A stretch of 64,000 nt of DNA from Mycobacterium sp. (GCA_035505695.1 DATJQO010000016.1:627-64626); one strand, 5' to 3'. Shown: positions 35,464 through 47,857, numbered from the stretch's first letter. Numbers and translations are program-made. Notes: generated by a model not told the origin, from the sequence alone.

Positions 35464-36678
35464 ATGAGGGAAGCGCCACACGTGCTGGGCATTGTCCTGG
35501 CCGGAGGTGAGGGCAAGCGGCTGTATCCGCTGACCGCGGATCGCGCCAAACCCGCAGTTCCCTTCGGCGGCGCCTACCGACTGATCGACTTCGTGCTGTC
35601 CAATCTTGTCAATGCGCGCTATTTGAGGATCTGCGTTCTCACGCAGTACAAGTCGCACTCACTCGACCGTCACATTTCGCAAAACTGGCGGTTGTCCGGC
35701 CTGGCCGGTGAGTACATCACCCCGGTACCGGCGCAGCAGCGCCTGGGACCACGCTGGTACACGGGATCCGCCGACGCGATCTACCAATCGCTCAACTTGA
35801 TCTACGACGAAGACCCGGACTACATAGTAGTTTTCGGTGCCGACCACGTGTATCGCATGGACCCCGAGCAGATGGTTAGGTTCCACATCGACAGTGGCGC
35901 CGGCGCCACCGTGGCCGGCATCCGCGTTCCCCGCAGCGACGCCGCAGCTTTCGGTTGCATCGACGCCGACGATTCCGGGCGCATCCGCAGTTTCCTGGAG
36001 AAGCCCCTGGAGCCGCCGGGAACCCCGGATGACCCCGACTCAACGTTCGTCTCGATGGGCAACTACATCTTCACCACCAAGGTGCTCATCGACGCGATTC
36101 GCGCCGACGCCGATGACGACCACTCGGATCACGACATGGGCGGTGACATCATTCCGCGACTGGTGGACGACGGGATGGCCGCGGTTTACGACTTCAACGA
36201 CAACGAGGTCCCCGGCGCGACCGATCGGGACCGGGCATACTGGCGAGACGTGGGGACGCTAGACGCGTTCTACGACGCGCACATGGATCTGGTGTCGGTG
36301 CATCCGGTGTTCAACCTCTACAACAAGCGCTGGCCGATTCGTGGTGAGTCGGAGAACCTGGCGCCGGCGAAGTTCGTCAACGGTGGCTCGGCCCAGGAGT
36401 CGGTCGTGGGTGCCGGCAGCATCATCTCGGCGGCCTCGGTGCGCAACTCCGTGCTGTCGTCCAACGTGGTCGTTGACGACGGCGCCATCGTGGAGGGCAG
36501 TGTGATCATGCCCGGCGCCCGGGTCGGTCGTGGGGCGGTGGTCCGCCACGCGATCCTGGACAAGAACGTCGTCGTCGGGCCGGGGGAGATGGTCGGCGTG
36601 GATTTGGAAAAGGACCGGGAGCGCTTCGCGATCAGCGCCGGCGGTGTGGTCGCGGTGGGTAAGGGCGTCTGGATCTGA
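35464..36678 (+). CDS. glgC: glucose-1-phosphate adenylyltransferase
   Basis: Starting at ATG (35464) gives 404 aa: [36 protein letters not shown]... . It is divergent from glgA. Confidence 0.95.
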   Translation: MREAPHVLGIVLAGGEGKRLYPLTADRAKPAVPFGGAYRLIDFVLSNLVNARYLRICVLTQYKSHSLDRHISQNWRLSGLAGEYITPVPAQQRLGPRWYTGSADAIYQSLNLIYDEDPDYIVVFGADHVYRMDPEQMVRFHIDSGAGATVAGIRVPRSDAAAFGCIDADDSGRIRSFLEKPLEPPGTPDDPDSTFVSMGNYIFTTKVLIDAIRADADDDHSDHDMGGDIIPRLVDDGMAAVYDFNDNEVPGATDRDRAYWRDVGTLDAFYDAHMDLVSVHPVFNLYNKRWPIRGESENLAPAKFVNGGSAQESVVGAGSIISAASVRNSVLSSNVVVDDGAIVEGSVIMPGARVGRGAVVRHAILDKNVVVGPGEMVGVDLEKDRERFAISAGGVVAVGKGVWI

Positions 36679-36690
36679 CGGTCACCGCCT

Positions 36691-36746
36691 GAGCAGACGC
36701 AAAATCGCCCTTTTCGTGCCGAAAATGGGCGATTTTGCGTCTGCTC
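36691..36746. terminator. perfect 20-bp-stem hairpin between convergent genes
   Basis: gagcagacgcaaaatcgccc (36691-36710) pairs perfectly with gggcgattttgcgtctgctc (36727-36746). The 16-nt loop (ttttcgtgccgaaaat) is itself partly self-complementary. Confidence 0.8.
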
Positions 36747-36752
36747 GGCGGA

Positions 36753-38435
36753 CTACGCGATCTCCGGGATCAGCAGGTGCGCGTCGTAACGCGGGCCCCA
36801 GTGCAGCGTGACGCGACCGCGCGGCGAGCGCTGGTAGGCCGCCGGGAACTGCCCGACGAGCGGGTTGCGCGGACACAACCAGCGCCCGGCGACCACCAAC
36901 CGCAGCTGCTCACCGGCGCGGAACAGCGTGGCCGACGGGCCCAGCGCGACATCAACCGCGACCACCTCACCCGCGGGCACCGGCCGCGACTCGGTGCACG
37001 CCGAGACCGGCTCCCAGGGCCGGGAGAGCTCGAGGTCCAGTGCGCGCAGCGCGACGCGCTGCCAGCCGGTGGTCACCCGGTCGCGGCCGTAGCCATACGA
37101 TCCCTCGAATGCGACGAACGTTCCGCCGCGCCACTTCTCCACGCCCACGAAAAGGTTCGCGTCGTTGCAGCCGTCCAGTTCAACCCACAACCGCGCGGCC
37201 ATCGGGCCGGTCAGCTCGATGTCCGTGGGGAACGTCCAGTTGAATGCCGCTGCCCGAGAGAGAGTTTCGAATGTGATGCTGCCCGTAGTCTGCGGCCGCT
37301 CGGCTACCAGCGCGCCGCCTGCGCCCATATACAAAGGTCGCCAATGGGTCCGGGCCAGCGGCCACTCGGCCTCCTCGCGCACACTGACGACGGTGTCGCG
37401 ATCCTCGCGCACCTCGAGGCGCACGCTGCGAGAAGCGGCTGCGCCGTCGAGCACGTCGCGGAAGAAGGTGAGCTGTTCGGCCAGTGCGGCTTTCGAGTAG
37501 AAGGTCGCCCATTTGCCGCCGCGGTGCGTGTAGAGGCGGGCGTGGGTGGAGCCGGCGTCGGTGAATGCCCGGATCGACCCGCGGCTGTGTAGGTTGTTAT
37601 CCGAAAAGCTGCCGCAGACCAGCATGGGAACCTTGATTGCCGATAGGTCGGGTGCCAGGGAGCGCCAAAAGTCGTCGCGCAGGGGGTGCTCATGCTGCAT
37701 CGGCCCGAGGGTGTAGGTCTGCCGGGTATCGCGACGGACGTTGCGTGACCACACCGCCGTGAAGCCGGACTCCCGAATACCGCCCGGAAACGTCAGGTCA
37801 CGATACGCGTCGCTGAAGCCTTCCCACGGACAGATCGCCCGCAGCGCCGGTGGTTGCAGGGCCGCGACTGCGTACTGGCTGATCGCCAGGTAGGACACCC
37901 CGAGCATGACGACACTGCCGTCGCACCACGGTTGGCCGGCGATCCACTGCACCAGCTCGTAGGTGTCCTCGGCTTCTTGGCGCGACAGCAGTTTCCCGGT
38001 GCCGTCGGAATGGCCGCAGCCGCGCGAGTCGGCGTTCACCAGGGTGAAGCCGTGGGGGACCCACCAGGCCGGGTCCGGCGCTTCCCAGCCGGTCAGCGCG
38101 GAGAAGGTCACCGGTATGGGCTGGCGCGACATGCGGTATCGCAGGGAGTAGGTCCACCGCTTGCCGCGCCGCCGCGGCAGATTGTCCTTGCCGTAGGGAT
38201 GGATGCTCAAGATGACCGGTCGCCCGGTATCGCCGCTTCTGCGGTAGACATTGATCCGCAACACCGTCCCGTCGCGGGTGGAGACACCGACATCCCGATT
38301 CATGAGGATCTCCGATGGTGGCGCGGTGACGGTGATGGGGGGTTTGGCGATGCCGCGAACCCGGCCCAGGGCGTAGCGGAGTGCACCGGGACGTCGCCAT
38401 GGCCGGTCCAGCGTTGGTGCCATAATTCGCGCCAC
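36753..38435 (-). CDS. CocE/NonD-family (S15 X-Pro dipeptidyl-peptidase-like) hydrolase
   Basis: 560 aa. It has the nucleophile elbow GVSYLA and a C-terminal beta-sandwich region. The position matches Rv1215c. Confidence 0.85.
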   Translation of the reverse strand: MARIMAPTLDRPWRRPGALRYALGRVRGIAKPPITVTAPPSEILMNRDVGVSTRDGTVLRINVYRRSGDTGRPVILSIHPYGKDNLPRRRGKRWTYSLRYRMSRQPIPVTFSALTGWEAPDPAWWVPHGFTLVNADSRGCGHSDGTGKLLSRQEAEDTYELVQWIAGQPWCDGSVVMLGVSYLAISQYAVAALQPPALRAICPWEGFSDAYRDLTFPGGIRESGFTAVWSRNVRRDTRQTYTLGPMQHEHPLRDDFWRSLAPDLSAIKVPMLVCGSFSDNNLHSRGSIRAFTDAGSTHARLYTHRGGKWATFYSKAALAEQLTFFRDVLDGAAASRSVRLEVREDRDTVVSVREEAEWPLARTHWRPLYMGAGGALVAERPQTTGSITFETLSRAAAFNWTFPTDIELTGPMAARLWVELDGCNDANLFVGVEKWRGGTFVAFEGSYGYGRDRVTTGWQRVALRALDLELSRPWEPVSACTESRPVPAGEVVAVDVALGPSATLFRAGEQLRLVVAGRWLCPRNPLVGQFPAAYQRSPRGRVTLHWGPRYDAHLLIPEIA

Positions 38436-38465
38436 GCCAATACCTTAGGCGGACCGACTCGGCCG

Positions 38466-39164
38466 CTACCACACATTGGGTACCAACCGGTAGCGCACCT
38501 GCCGAGTGTATTCGGGGTATCCCGGCAAATCCGTGTTGAGCAGTCGTTCCTCGTCGCGAATGCGGAAGACGAGGACCACGACGCCCGGGATGATGAAGAG
38601 AAGTCCCCAGTAAGAGCCGAGCGCCAGGGGTATGCCCACCATCATGATGACGTCTCCGAGATACATCGGGTGCCGAACGATCCGATAGAGACCCTGGGAG
38701 GCCAATTTCTGGCCGCTCTCCACCCGGACGGTGGCAGCTGCGTAACCGTTCTCGACGATGACCAGCATGGCGATGCTCAGCCCGACCGCGACCAGGACGT
38801 CGCCGAGCAGGCACACCCACACCGGCATCGTCGACCAGCCCATCCGATGGTCGAACGCGCTGAACGCCATCATAGCGAAGAGACTCACGAATAACCCTGC
38901 GCTGATGATCTTTTGGGCCGTTCGGGTCTCCGCGCGTGGCCCGGCACGCATGCGTCGCTGCAGGGCTGCGGGGTTGGTCCGCGCCAGGTAAATGGTGGGG
39001 ATGATCGACGCCGCGGTGAACACGGCGATGAAAACCCACCCCTGCCAGTAATGCAGCGTGCCGGCCGGTAGGAACAGGACCAGGCAAAAGGCGGCCAGTC
39101 CGAAAACTGAGTTTGCCGCCAGTCGGACAGCAAGGTTCATGACGCTCCTAACCACGCAGATCAC
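38466..39164 (-). CDS. membrane methyltransferase (isoprenylcysteine carboxyl methyltransferase-like)
   Basis: 232 aa with about 5 TM segments. It has the RHPMYLG motif and the C-terminal EERLL pattern of the ICMT/PEMT-like family. Confidence 0.75.
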   Translation of the reverse strand: MICVVRSVMNLAVRLAANSVFGLAAFCLVLFLPAGTLHYWQGWVFIAVFTAASIIPTIYLARTNPAALQRRMRAGPRAETRTAQKIISAGLFVSLFAMMAFSAFDHRMGWSTMPVWVCLLGDVLVAVGLSIAMLVIVENGYAAATVRVESGQKLASQGLYRIVRHPMYLGDVIMMVGIPLALGSYWGLLFIIPGVVVLVFRIRDEERLLNTDLPGYPEYTRQVRYRLVPNVW

Positions 39165-40791
39165 GTCGTCGGAAAGCTGCGGCCCCCGCGATGATCAGCG
39201 CCGCATCGATGGCCAGCAGCCACAATAGCGGCACGGCGGTGAAGTCGGTGCCGACTCGCGGAATGTGGGCAAACGGTTCGCAGTCCAGCAGCCATTGCGG
39301 GAAACGGGCCAGCTCACCGATCAGGTACACGGCCACGAATGCGGTCAGGATGCCCCAGGACACTGGCGTCAAGCGCGGCAGCAGACCGAACAATCCGACC
39401 GTGATCGCGGCAAGCAGCCAGACGGCAGGTAGCTGGACGGCCGCGCTTGCCGCGACGATGGCCAGCTTGCCCCCGACGTCGCCGGCCGCGAGTCCGTAGA
39501 CGAGCCCGCCGACCAACCCGGAGACCAGCATCGCGACCGCTGATCCAATCAACGCGGCTACCAAATAACTTGCCAGCCAACGAGTTCGAGCGACCGCACC
39601 GGCCAGTGTCGTCTCGGCGCGCTGGCCGGTCTCCTCCTGGTAAAGCCGCAGGCTGAGCGAGATGGCCAACGCAGCGGCAACCATGCCCATCATGGTGTAT
39701 GCCACCGCGATGAAAGCCTCCTCCAAGGCGCTGGTGCCGCCCATCCGCGCGACGATGTCACGCGCGACCGTGCTGTTACCCAGCTCGTCACCGATGCCGT
39801 GCACCACGCTGCCCATCACGACGCCATACAGGCACAAACCGACGGTCCACGCCAGCAGCGCGCCGCGGTCCAACCGCCAGGTCAGGCCGTCAACACTGCT
39901 CAACCACTTGTCAGCCGTTCCAGGACCGGCTCGTTCGGCAATGAGCCCGGCGCCCACGTCGCGGCCGGCGAGCAGTCGGTAGGCCAGCATGGTGAGCGCG
40001 GCCGTCGTCACCAGATGCAGCAGAAGAACCCACCAGCGATCACCGGCGTACGGCCTGACTTGCAGCGACCACCCCAACGGTGACAGCCAAGACAGCCGGC
40101 CGTCGCCGGCATCACCGACGGCGCGCAACGCGAACGCGACGCCCAATGCGGCGAAGGCGGCGCCGCGGGCAAACCTGGCGCTCGGCGACAGCTGGGCGGC
40201 CACCGCGGCGACCGCGGTGAACACCAGGCCCGAGCAGGCCAGCGCCGCCCCGAAAGCTAGTGAGCCGCCTGCCGGGATGCCGGTGGTGAGCAATCCCGCC
40301 GCGCCGATCGCGCCGGTGGCGATCGATGCCCCGAATGACAACAGCAGCGCCGCAATCAGGCCGGCATACCGGCCCACCGCGGTGGAGTCCAGCAATTCAG
40401 TGCGGCCGGTTTCCTCATCGGCGCGGGTGTGCCGGATGACGGTGAGAATGACCGCTATACCGATGAGCAGGTGGAACATCCCGGCCTTCCAAATGCCCAC
40501 GGCGCCAATGCTGTCGTTGTAGATCTGCCCGTAGAGCGCACGCTGGGCCGGGCTGGCCATGATGGATGCGGCGAACTGCGCACGGGCGGCCTGGGTGGGG
40601 TAGACCGTCAGGATGCTGCCGACGTAAACAGTGGCCAGCGGGACCGACAGCAGCAACACCCACAGTGGCAGAGAAATTCGGTCGCGGCGTAAGTAAAGGC
40701 GCAACATCGCAAGCGTTCCGGCGAAGTTGGAACCGGCCCGCGGCGCCGGGTGCGCTGGGCGGGGTGGCCGATCCAGGGTTGCGGCGCTCAT
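39148..40791 (-). CDS. ABC-2-type exporter permease (Rv1217c-like)
   Basis: 547 aa with about 12 TM segments. It overlaps the upstream ATPase gene by 4 nt. Confidence 0.85.
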   Translation of the reverse strand: MSAATLDRPPRPAHPAPRAGSNFAGTLAMLRLYLRRDRISLPLWVLLLSVPLATVYVGSILTVYPTQAARAQFAASIMASPAQRALYGQIYNDSIGAVGIWKAGMFHLLIGIAVILTVIRHTRADEETGRTELLDSTAVGRYAGLIAALLLSFGASIATGAIGAAGLLTTGIPAGGSLAFGAALACSGLVFTAVAAVAAQLSPSARFARGAAFAALGVAFALRAVGDAGDGRLSWLSPLGWSLQVRPYAGDRWWVLLLHLVTTAALTMLAYRLLAGRDVGAGLIAERAGPGTADKWLSSVDGLTWRLDRGALLAWTVGLCLYGVVMGSVVHGIGDELGNSTVARDIVARMGGTSALEEAFIAVAYTMMGMVAAALAISLSLRLYQEETGQRAETTLAGAVARTRWLASYLVAALIGSAVAMLVSGLVGGLVYGLAAGDVGGKLAIVAASAAVQLPAVWLLAAITVGLFGLLPRLTPVSWGILTAFVAVYLIGELARFPQWLLDCEPFAHIPRVGTDFTAVPLLWLLAIDAALIIAGAAAFRRRDLRG

Positions 40792-41738
40792 GACGCCGAC
40801 ACCTTCTTCTCGCTGTGCCCTCGCTCACCGTTCGCGTCGTAGTGGCGCAGAAACAGTTCCTCCAGCGTGGGCGGCTGGCTGACCAGACTGCGCACACCGG
40901 CGTCGCCGAGCGCCCGGATAAGTTCGCCCAAACTCTCACTGTCCACCTGGGCGCGCAGCGTGTTGCCATCGACCCTGACGTCCTCGACGCCTTTGATTCG
41001 CGTGATATCGCCTGGATCACCGGTCATTTCGGCTTTGATCGAGGTGCGGCTGAGGTGCCGCATCGAGTCGAGCGAACCGCTCTCGACGGTCTTGCCGGCC
41101 CGGATTATGGTCACCTGTTCACACAGCGCCTCTGTTTCGGCGAGGATGTGGCTGGACAGCAAGACAGTGGTACCCCGGTCGCGCGCCTCGCCGACGCACT
41201 GCTGAAAGACGTTCTCCATCAAGGGGTCCAGACCGGTGCTGGGCTCGTCCAATAGCAGCAGCCTGGCGTGTGAGGAGAAGGCCGAAATTAGGGAGACCTT
41301 TTGCCGGTTGCCCTTCGAGTAGGTGCGCGCCTTCTTGTGCGGGTCGAGGTCGAAGCGCTCGATCAACTCGGCGCGACGCTGTTGGTGGAGGCCACCGCGC
41401 ATGCGGGCGAGCAGGTCGATGGTCTCGCCGCCAGTCAGTGACGGCCACAGCGTCACATCGCCTGGCACATAGGCAATTTGGCGGTGTAGTTGGACCGCGT
41501 CCGTCCACGGGTCGCCGCCCAGCAAGCGAACGGTTCCGCGGTCGGCTCGCACCAGACCCAAAAGGATGCGGATGGTCGTGGACTTCCCGGCTCCGTTGGG
41601 TCCGAGGAACCCGTGTACTTCTCCTTCGCGCACGGTCAGATCGAGGCCGTCCAGCGCTCTTACCGTGCCGAAGTTCTTTGTCAATCCCCGGATTTCGATG
41701 GACGCGAACTCGTCAGTCGGCATGAGGTCCTCCTTCAC
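40788..41738 (-). CDS. ABC transporter ATP-binding protein (Rv1218c-like)
   Basis: The Walker A is GPNGAGKST, the signature is [10 protein letters not shown] and the Walker B is LLLLDEP. Confidence 0.93.
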   Translation of the reverse strand: MKEDLMPTDEFASIEIRGLTKNFGTVRALDGLDLTVREGEVHGFLGPNGAGKSTTIRILLGLVRADRGTVRLLGGDPWTDAVQLHRQIAYVPGDVTLWPSLTGGETIDLLARMRGGLHQQRRAELIERFDLDPHKKARTYSKGNRQKVSLISAFSSHARLLLLDEPSTGLDPLMENVFQQCVGEARDRGTTVLLSSHILAETEALCEQVTIIRAGKTVESGSLDSMRHLSRTSIKAEMTGDPGDITRIKGVEDVRVDGNTLRAQVDSESLGELIRALGDAGVRSLVSQPPTLEELFLRHYDANGERGHSEKKVSAS

Positions 41739-42351
41739 CTTCGGCGGCCAGGAATGCGTCGTACATGGTGGAGTCTGCCATCAGGCCTTCGGTGTAGATC
41801 TCCAGAGCCGGGAGAATCATGTCCCGGGCGTAGTCGCGCAGCACCGTACGCAGATCGCCTGGAGTCTCATGCATTTGCAGGTACAGCAGGAAACCGCCAC
41901 CGCCGGTTATCGCCAAATACCTCGCCCGGGCGCGGGGATCGCGGCTTGGCTTTAGCAGCCCCGTTCGCACCCCGTCGTCCAGATAACTCTCGGCATCGTC
42001 AATCATCTTCTGCCACAAAGCGTTTGCCAGTTCGCCGCCGGTCTGCATACTGCGGACCAGGTAAGCCATCAACGGCGCGTAGCTTTCGATCTCAGCCATC
42101 TGCGCAAACCAGGTAGCCGGATCCGTGGACCGCATGGCTTCGGACTTGCCGGTGCGAATCTCCTCGGCGATGTAGTCGTCGCAGGCTTTGCGCAGGCCCT
42201 CCTTGGAGCCGAAGTGATGAATGACCAGCGCGGCGCTCACCCCGGCCGCTTCGGCGATCGCCCGTACCCCGACGCCGAACCCGTGCTCGCCGAACTGCTC
42301 GATGGCCGCGTCGCGGATCCGAGCGGCCGCGGTCAGGTCGGCTGAACGCAT
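41713..42351 (-). CDS. raaS: TetR-family regulator upstream of the ABC exporter (Rv1219c/RaaS-like)
   Basis: 212 aa. The HTH is [25 protein letters not shown]. Synteny with the two ABC genes matches Rv1219c-Rv1217c. Confidence 0.8.
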   Translation of the reverse strand: MRSADLTAAARIRDAAIEQFGEHGFGVGVRAIAEAAGVSAALVIHHFGSKEGLRKACDDYIAEEIRTGKSEAMRSTDPATWFAQMAEIESYAPLMAYLVRSMQTGGELANALWQKMIDDAESYLDDGVRTGLLKPSRDPRARARYLAITGGGGFLLYLQMHETPGDLRTVLRDYARDMILPALEIYTEGLMADSTMYDAFLAAEGEGGPHAD

Positions 42352-42364
42352 GTTCAGTACATTA
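42343..42364 (-). promoter_or_regulatory. candidate TetR operator (CTGAAC-N4-GTTCAG) overlapping the start codon, plus a -10-like TAATGT hexamer suggesting a leaderless transcript
   Basis: The palindrome arms are at 42343-42348 and 42353-42358, and a third GTTCAG is at 42372-42377. On the minus strand TAATGT (42364-42359) lies 7 nt before the ATG (42351). Confidence 0.35.
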
Positions 42365-42431
42365 AACGGGCGTTCAGTCGAGAGTCAAGGACGCCGCGTC
42401 AAGGATCCGTAAAAGGTTCCGGTGGTCCGCC

Positions 42432-43100
42432 CTAGTCGCGGACCGCCGCCAGAATGCCGTCGCCGAGCGGCACCAGCGCCGGAGTCAGGCGCTCGTCCTC
42501 GGCGATGAGCCGGGCCGCTTCCCGCACGGCCACCACCTCGGCGTCACGGGCGGACGGATCGCCGGCTCGTCCGCCGAGGGCGGCCCGGTGCACCACGATG
42601 ACGCCACCGGATCGCAGCAGCCGCACGCCCTCCACCACGTAGTCCGGCTGGTCGATTGGGTCGGCGTCGATGAAGACCAAGTCATAGGAGTCGTCAGCGA
42701 GCCGGGTGAGAACCTCTTGCGCGCGGCCGCTGATCAGGCGGGTGCGCGACGGCCCGATTCCGGCTTCGGTGAAGGCCTGCTTGGCCAGGCGCAGATATTC
42801 GGGCTCGATGTCGATGGTGGTCAACACACCGTCGTCGCTCATCCCCGATAACAGCCAAAGCCCGCTGACCCCGGCGCCGGTGCCCACCTCGGCGACCGCT
42901 TTGCCGCCGCTGAGCTTGGCCAACAGGCTCAACAGGGCACCGACCGCCGGCGTGACCGCCCCGGCGCCGATGTCCACGGCCCGCTCGCGGGCGGCCGCCA
43001 ACAGCGCGTCTTCCGATATCGACGCCTCGGCGTGGGCGGAGAGTGATTCGGCTCGACTGGCCGCCGGCTGGTCGAGGGTTCCTGGATCGGTGCCGTCCAT
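42432..43100 (-). CDS. class I SAM-dependent O-methyltransferase (Rv1220c-like)
   Basis: The start is taken at MDGTDPG (43100). The SAM motif is [15 protein letters not shown], and there is a DLVFIDAD motif. Confidence 0.9.
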   Translation of the reverse strand: MDGTDPGTLDQPAASRAESLSAHAEASISEDALLAAARERAVDIGAGAVTPAVGALLSLLAKLSGGKAVAEVGTGAGVSGLWLLSGMSDDGVLTTIDIEPEYLRLAKQAFTEAGIGPSRTRLISGRAQEVLTRLADDSYDLVFIDADPIDQPDYVVEGVRLLRSGGVIVVHRAALGGRAGDPSARDAEVVAVREAARLIAEDERLTPALVPLGDGILAAVRD

Positions 43101-43241
43101 GCCCGCAGCGTATTCCAAATCGTGGCGCACGCCGGCAGGCGCGCCTAAATCCGACCATCTGTGACACGCCCGGCGGATTCGATGCGTTTAAGATCACTTC
43201 GCGACGGATATGCCCTGCGCAACGCACGTAACGATAGGGTT

Positions 43242-43259
43242 TCTCAGGCTCAGCTCAGA
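43242..43259 (+). promoter_or_regulatory. direct CTCAG repeats upstream of sigE (possible MprA-type response-regulator box)
   Basis: The sequence tctcaggctcagctcaga is read directly. In M. tuberculosis one sigE promoter is MprA-dependent and is bound at tandem direct repeats. I do not remember the exact consensus. Confidence 0.3.
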
Positions 43260-43302
43260 TTGCTCATATATCGCGCATACGCCGATACGCGACGGTGTCC
43301 CT

Positions 43303-44070
43303 ATGGATCGCGGAGCGCGTTGGTACGGGAATAACGAGTGGCAGCTAACTGTTGCCGCCGGGGACGAACTGCCACTGATTGGCAGGCCGAGTTCGGAGGA
43401 CTTGATCATCACCACGCTTTTAAGCCCGACCAGCATGTCCCATGCGCAGGTCTGCCCCACCGACGAATGGGTGGAGACGTCCGGTGCGCGGCAGGGCACC
43501 GCGGTTTTCGACGCGACCGGCGACAAGGCCACCATGCCGTCGTGGGACGAGCTGGTGCGCCAGCATGCCGATCGGGTGTACCGGCTGGCTTATCGCCTGT
43601 CCGGCAATCAGCAGGACGCTGAGGACCTCACCCAGGAGACCTTCATCCGGGTTTTCCGCTCGGTGCAGAACTACCAGCCCGGAACGTTTGAAGGCTGGCT
43701 GCACCGGATCACCACCAATCTCTTCCTCGACATGGTGCGGCGGCGCACCCGCATCCGTATGGAGGCGTTGCCCGAGGATTACGAACGGGTGCCCGCCGAC
43801 GAGCCCAACCCTGAGCAGATCTACCACGATGCGCGGCTTGGGCCTGACCTGCAGGCCGCCCTGGATTCGCTAGCGCCGGAGTTTCGTGCCGCTGTCGTTC
43901 TGTGTGACATCGAAGGTCTGTCGTATGAAGAGATCGGTGCCACGCTGGGGGTAAAACTGGGCACCGTGCGCAGCCGCATCCACCGCGGACGTCAGGCGTT
44001 GCGTGATTACTTGGCCGCCCATCCCGAAGCGGGCGCTCGGGGCGACGCTCTGCGCACCGAATCGGCTTAG
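43303..44070 (+). CDS. sigE: ECF sigma factor SigE
   Basis: ...[82 protein letters not shown]... is nearly identical to M. tuberculosis SigE. The start is uncertain, with several in-frame candidates between 43210 and about 43530. Confidence 0.92.
   Translation: MDRGARWYGNNEWQLTVAAGDELPLIGRPSSEDLIITTLLSPTSMSHAQVCPTDEWVETSGARQGTAVFDATGDKATMPSWDELVRQHADRVYRLAYRLSGNQQDAEDLTQETFIRVFRSVQNYQPGTFEGWLHRITTNLFLDMVRRRTRIRMEALPEDYERVPADEPNPEQIYHDARLGPDLQAALDSLAPEFRAAVVLCDIEGLSYEEIGATLGVKLGTVRSRIHRGRQALRDYLAAHPEAGARGDALRTESA
43328..43353 (+). promoter_or_regulatory. SigH/SigE-type promoter-like element GGAAT-N18-GTT inside the extended sigE ORF
   Basis: ggaat is at 43328-43332 and gtt at 43351-43353. 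This is consistent with the internal stress promoter known for M. tuberculosis sigE. It is a pattern match only. Confidence 0.3.
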
Positions 44071-44206
44071 GCTGGCGGCGGCTCCGGCACGGACCGGTTC
44101 CTTCCCATCATCGGGGATAACCCAGCGGTTTTGCGCCTTTCGCCGCGGTATTGGGCGCCACCTCGCGCTACATTCGAGATATAAGGGATAACGAAGGGAG
44201 CCGGTC

Positions 44207-44602
44207 ATGCCCGACCGAGGACATGTGTTCCGCCGCGCGTTCTCTTGGCTCCCGGCCCAATTCGCCTCTCAGAATGATGCGCCGGTCGGCGCGCCACGTC
44301 AGTTTGGTTCCACCGAGCATCTGTCCGTCGAAGCGATTGCCGCGTTCGTCGACGGTGAGCTGCGAATGAACGCGCATCTGCGCGCCGCACATCATCTTTC
44401 GCTGTGCCCGGAGTGCGCGGCCGAAGTCGATGATCAGAGCAGGGCGCGGGCGGCGTTGCGCGACTCCCAGCCGATCCGCATCCCCAGCACGTTGCTTGGG
44501 ATGCTGGCTGACATTCCCTACGGTGCGCCCGACGACTCGACCACGCAGGTATCCGACCGCCTCGCGGACCGCGATGTCCGCGAACAGCGTAAGCGCCGCT
44601 AG
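44207..44602 (+). CDS. rseA: anti-sigma-E factor (ZAS family)
   Basis: 131 aa with VFRRAFSWLPAQFASQNDAPVGAPRQF...HLRAAHHLSLCPECAAEVDDQ. The HxxxCxxC zinc motif is present. It lies immediately downstream of sigE. Confidence 0.9.
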   Translation: MPDRGHVFRRAFSWLPAQFASQNDAPVGAPRQFGSTEHLSVEAIAAFVDGELRMNAHLRAAHHLSLCPECAAEVDDQSRARAALRDSQPIRIPSTLLGMLADIPYGAPDDSTTQVSDRLADRDVREQRKRR

Positions 44603-44715
44603 CTTGAAACCTGCTCGGCAAGCGGCGCAGGCGTGCGTTCATGGGCGACCATCACCGAACTGTGGATACTAGGGTGGACACAGACAACGCCGGTGCAGCG
44701 TATTGCGCCCGGTAA

Positions 44716-46287
<1,572 letters not shown>

Positions 46288-46692
46288 ATGTTCGCGAACC
46301 TGAGCTGGGAGCACATCCTGGTCCTCGTCGTGGTCGGGTTGGTGATCCTCGGTCCCGAGCGCCTCCCCGGCGCCATCCGGTGGACTTCGAATGCCTTGCG
46401 CCAGGCGCGTGAGTACTTAACCGGGGTGACCTCCCAGCTGCGCCAAGACCTCGGACCCGAGTTCGACGATCTGCGCGGTCCGATCAACGAGCTGCAGAAG
46501 TTACGCGGCATGACACCGCGGGCAGCACTGACAAAGCACCTCTTGGACGGCGATGACTCCTTCTTCACCGGGAACTTCGACAGACCGGTCAATGGAGTTG
46601 CGGCTACACCCGCGGAGCCGCTGCAGCCCACGCCCGCCACGCAGCCGGAGCGCCACACCGGCCCCACGCCGTTCGACGCCGACGCGACCTGA
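46288..46692 (+). CDS. tatB: twin-arginine translocase subunit TatB
   Basis: The protein begins [32 protein letters not shown]... . Its ATG directly follows the htrA stop codon. Confidence 0.9.
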   Translation: MFANLSWEHILVLVVVGLVILGPERLPGAIRWTSNALRQAREYLTGVTSQLRQDLGPEFDDLRGPINELQKLRGMTPRAALTKHLLDGDDSFFTGNFDRPVNGVAATPAEPLQPTPATQPERHTGPTPFDADAT

Positions 46693-46696
46693 CGCG

Positions 46697-47857
46697 TCAG
46701 CGGCGCGTGGGATCGAGCCCCAGCGACACGCCCGCCAGTCCGCGCCGTCGCGACGACAGTTTGTCGGCGACGCTGCGCAGTTCCTTGCCCGGCGGTGAGT
46801 CTGGAGCGGTCAGCACGATCGGCGTGCCGGAATCGCCGGCCGCCACCAGCGCGGGATCCAGCGGGATCTGCCCCAACAGCGGCACATCGGCGCCTACCGC
46901 GCGCGACAGCCGCTCGGCCACCTGCTGACCACCGCCCTCGCCGAACACCTGCATCGTTGAGCCGTCCGGCAGTGTCAGGCCCGACATGTTCTCCACCACG
47001 CCGACGATGCGCTGGCGCGTCTGCAGGGCGATGCTGCCGGCCCGCTCGGCGACCTCGGCCGCGGCCAGCTGTGGCGTCGTCACCACCATGATCTCCGCAT
47101 TCGGGATCAGTTGAGCCACCGAGATGGCGATGTCACCGGTGCCGGGCGGCAGATCCAGTAGGAGTACGTCCAGATCGCCCCAGTAGACGTCGGCCAGGAA
47201 CTGCTGCAACGCTCGGTGCAGCATCGGCCCGCGCCAGACCACCGGGGTGTTGCCTTCGGTGAACTGCGCGATTGAAATGACCTTGACCTCATGTGCGATG
47301 GGCGGCAGGATCATCGACTCCACCTGGGTGGGCCGGTCGGTGCTGCCCATCATCCTCGGGATGGAATGGCCGTGGATGTCGGCGTCAAGCACGCCCACCG
47401 AGAGACCACGCGCCGCCATCGCCGCGGCCAGGTTCACCGTGACGGTGGACTTGCCGACGCCACCTTTTCCTGATGCCACCGCGTACACCCGCGTCAGCGA
47501 GGCCGGCTGGGCGAACGGGATGACCGGCTCACGGGCATCCCCGCGCAACTGCTTGCGCAGTTCGGTGCGCTGTTCGTCGCCCATCACGTCCAGCGTGACC
47601 TTTACCGCCCCGGTGCCCGGAACGTCAGAAACCGCCTGGGTGACTCGGTCGCTGATTTCGGTCTTCTTCGGGCAGCTGGCGGTGGTCAGGTAGATCGCCA
47701 CGTGCACGCCGCCGTCGGGGTCGATGTCAATACTCTTGACCATCCCGAGTTCGGTGATCGGGCGCCGCAGTTCGGGGTCGATCACTTTTCCCAGTGCGGT
47801 GCGGATGGCTGCGCTCAGGTCGGCTTCTGAATCAGACGAGTCATGACGGGACATCAC
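46697..47857 (-). CDS. mrp: Mrp/ApbC-family Fe-S cluster carrier ATPase
   Basis: 386 aa with an N-terminal DUF59-like domain. It has the deviant Walker A SGKGGVGKST and a CPKK motif. Confidence 0.93.
   Translation of the reverse strand: MMSRHDSSDSEADLSAAIRTALGKVIDPELRRPITELGMVKSIDIDPDGGVHVAIYLTTASCPKKTEISDRVTQAVSDVPGTGAVKVTLDVMGDEQRTELRKQLRGDAREPVIPFAQPASLTRVYAVASGKGGVGKSTVTVNLAAAMAARGLSVGVLDADIHGHSIPRMMGSTDRPTQVESMILPPIAHEVKVISIAQFTEGNTPVVWRGPMLHRALQQFLADVYWGDLDVLLLDLPPGTGDIAISVAQLIPNAEIMVVTTPQLAAAEVAERAGSIALQTRQRIVGVVENMSGLTLPDGSTMQVFGEGGGQQVAERLSRAVGADVPLLGQIPLDPALVAAGDSGTPIVLTAPDSPPGKELRSVADKLSSRRRGLAGVSLGLDPTRR

Noticed and set aside
37798-39087. 429-aa minus-strand ORF and similar long shadow ORFs (14609-15667, 23169-24287, 53086-54090, 29907-30911, 44821-45852)
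   Set aside because: All overlap strongly supported genes in another frame or strand and show Arg/Pro/Gly-biased composition. They are high-GC shadow ORFs.
43210-43302. Longest-ORF start for sigE at 43210
   Set aside because: The extra 31 codons ([31 protein letters not shown]) overlap the putative promoter repeats and are not protein-like. I chose ATG 43303 as the best analogue of the M. tuberculosis annotation, with stated uncertainty.
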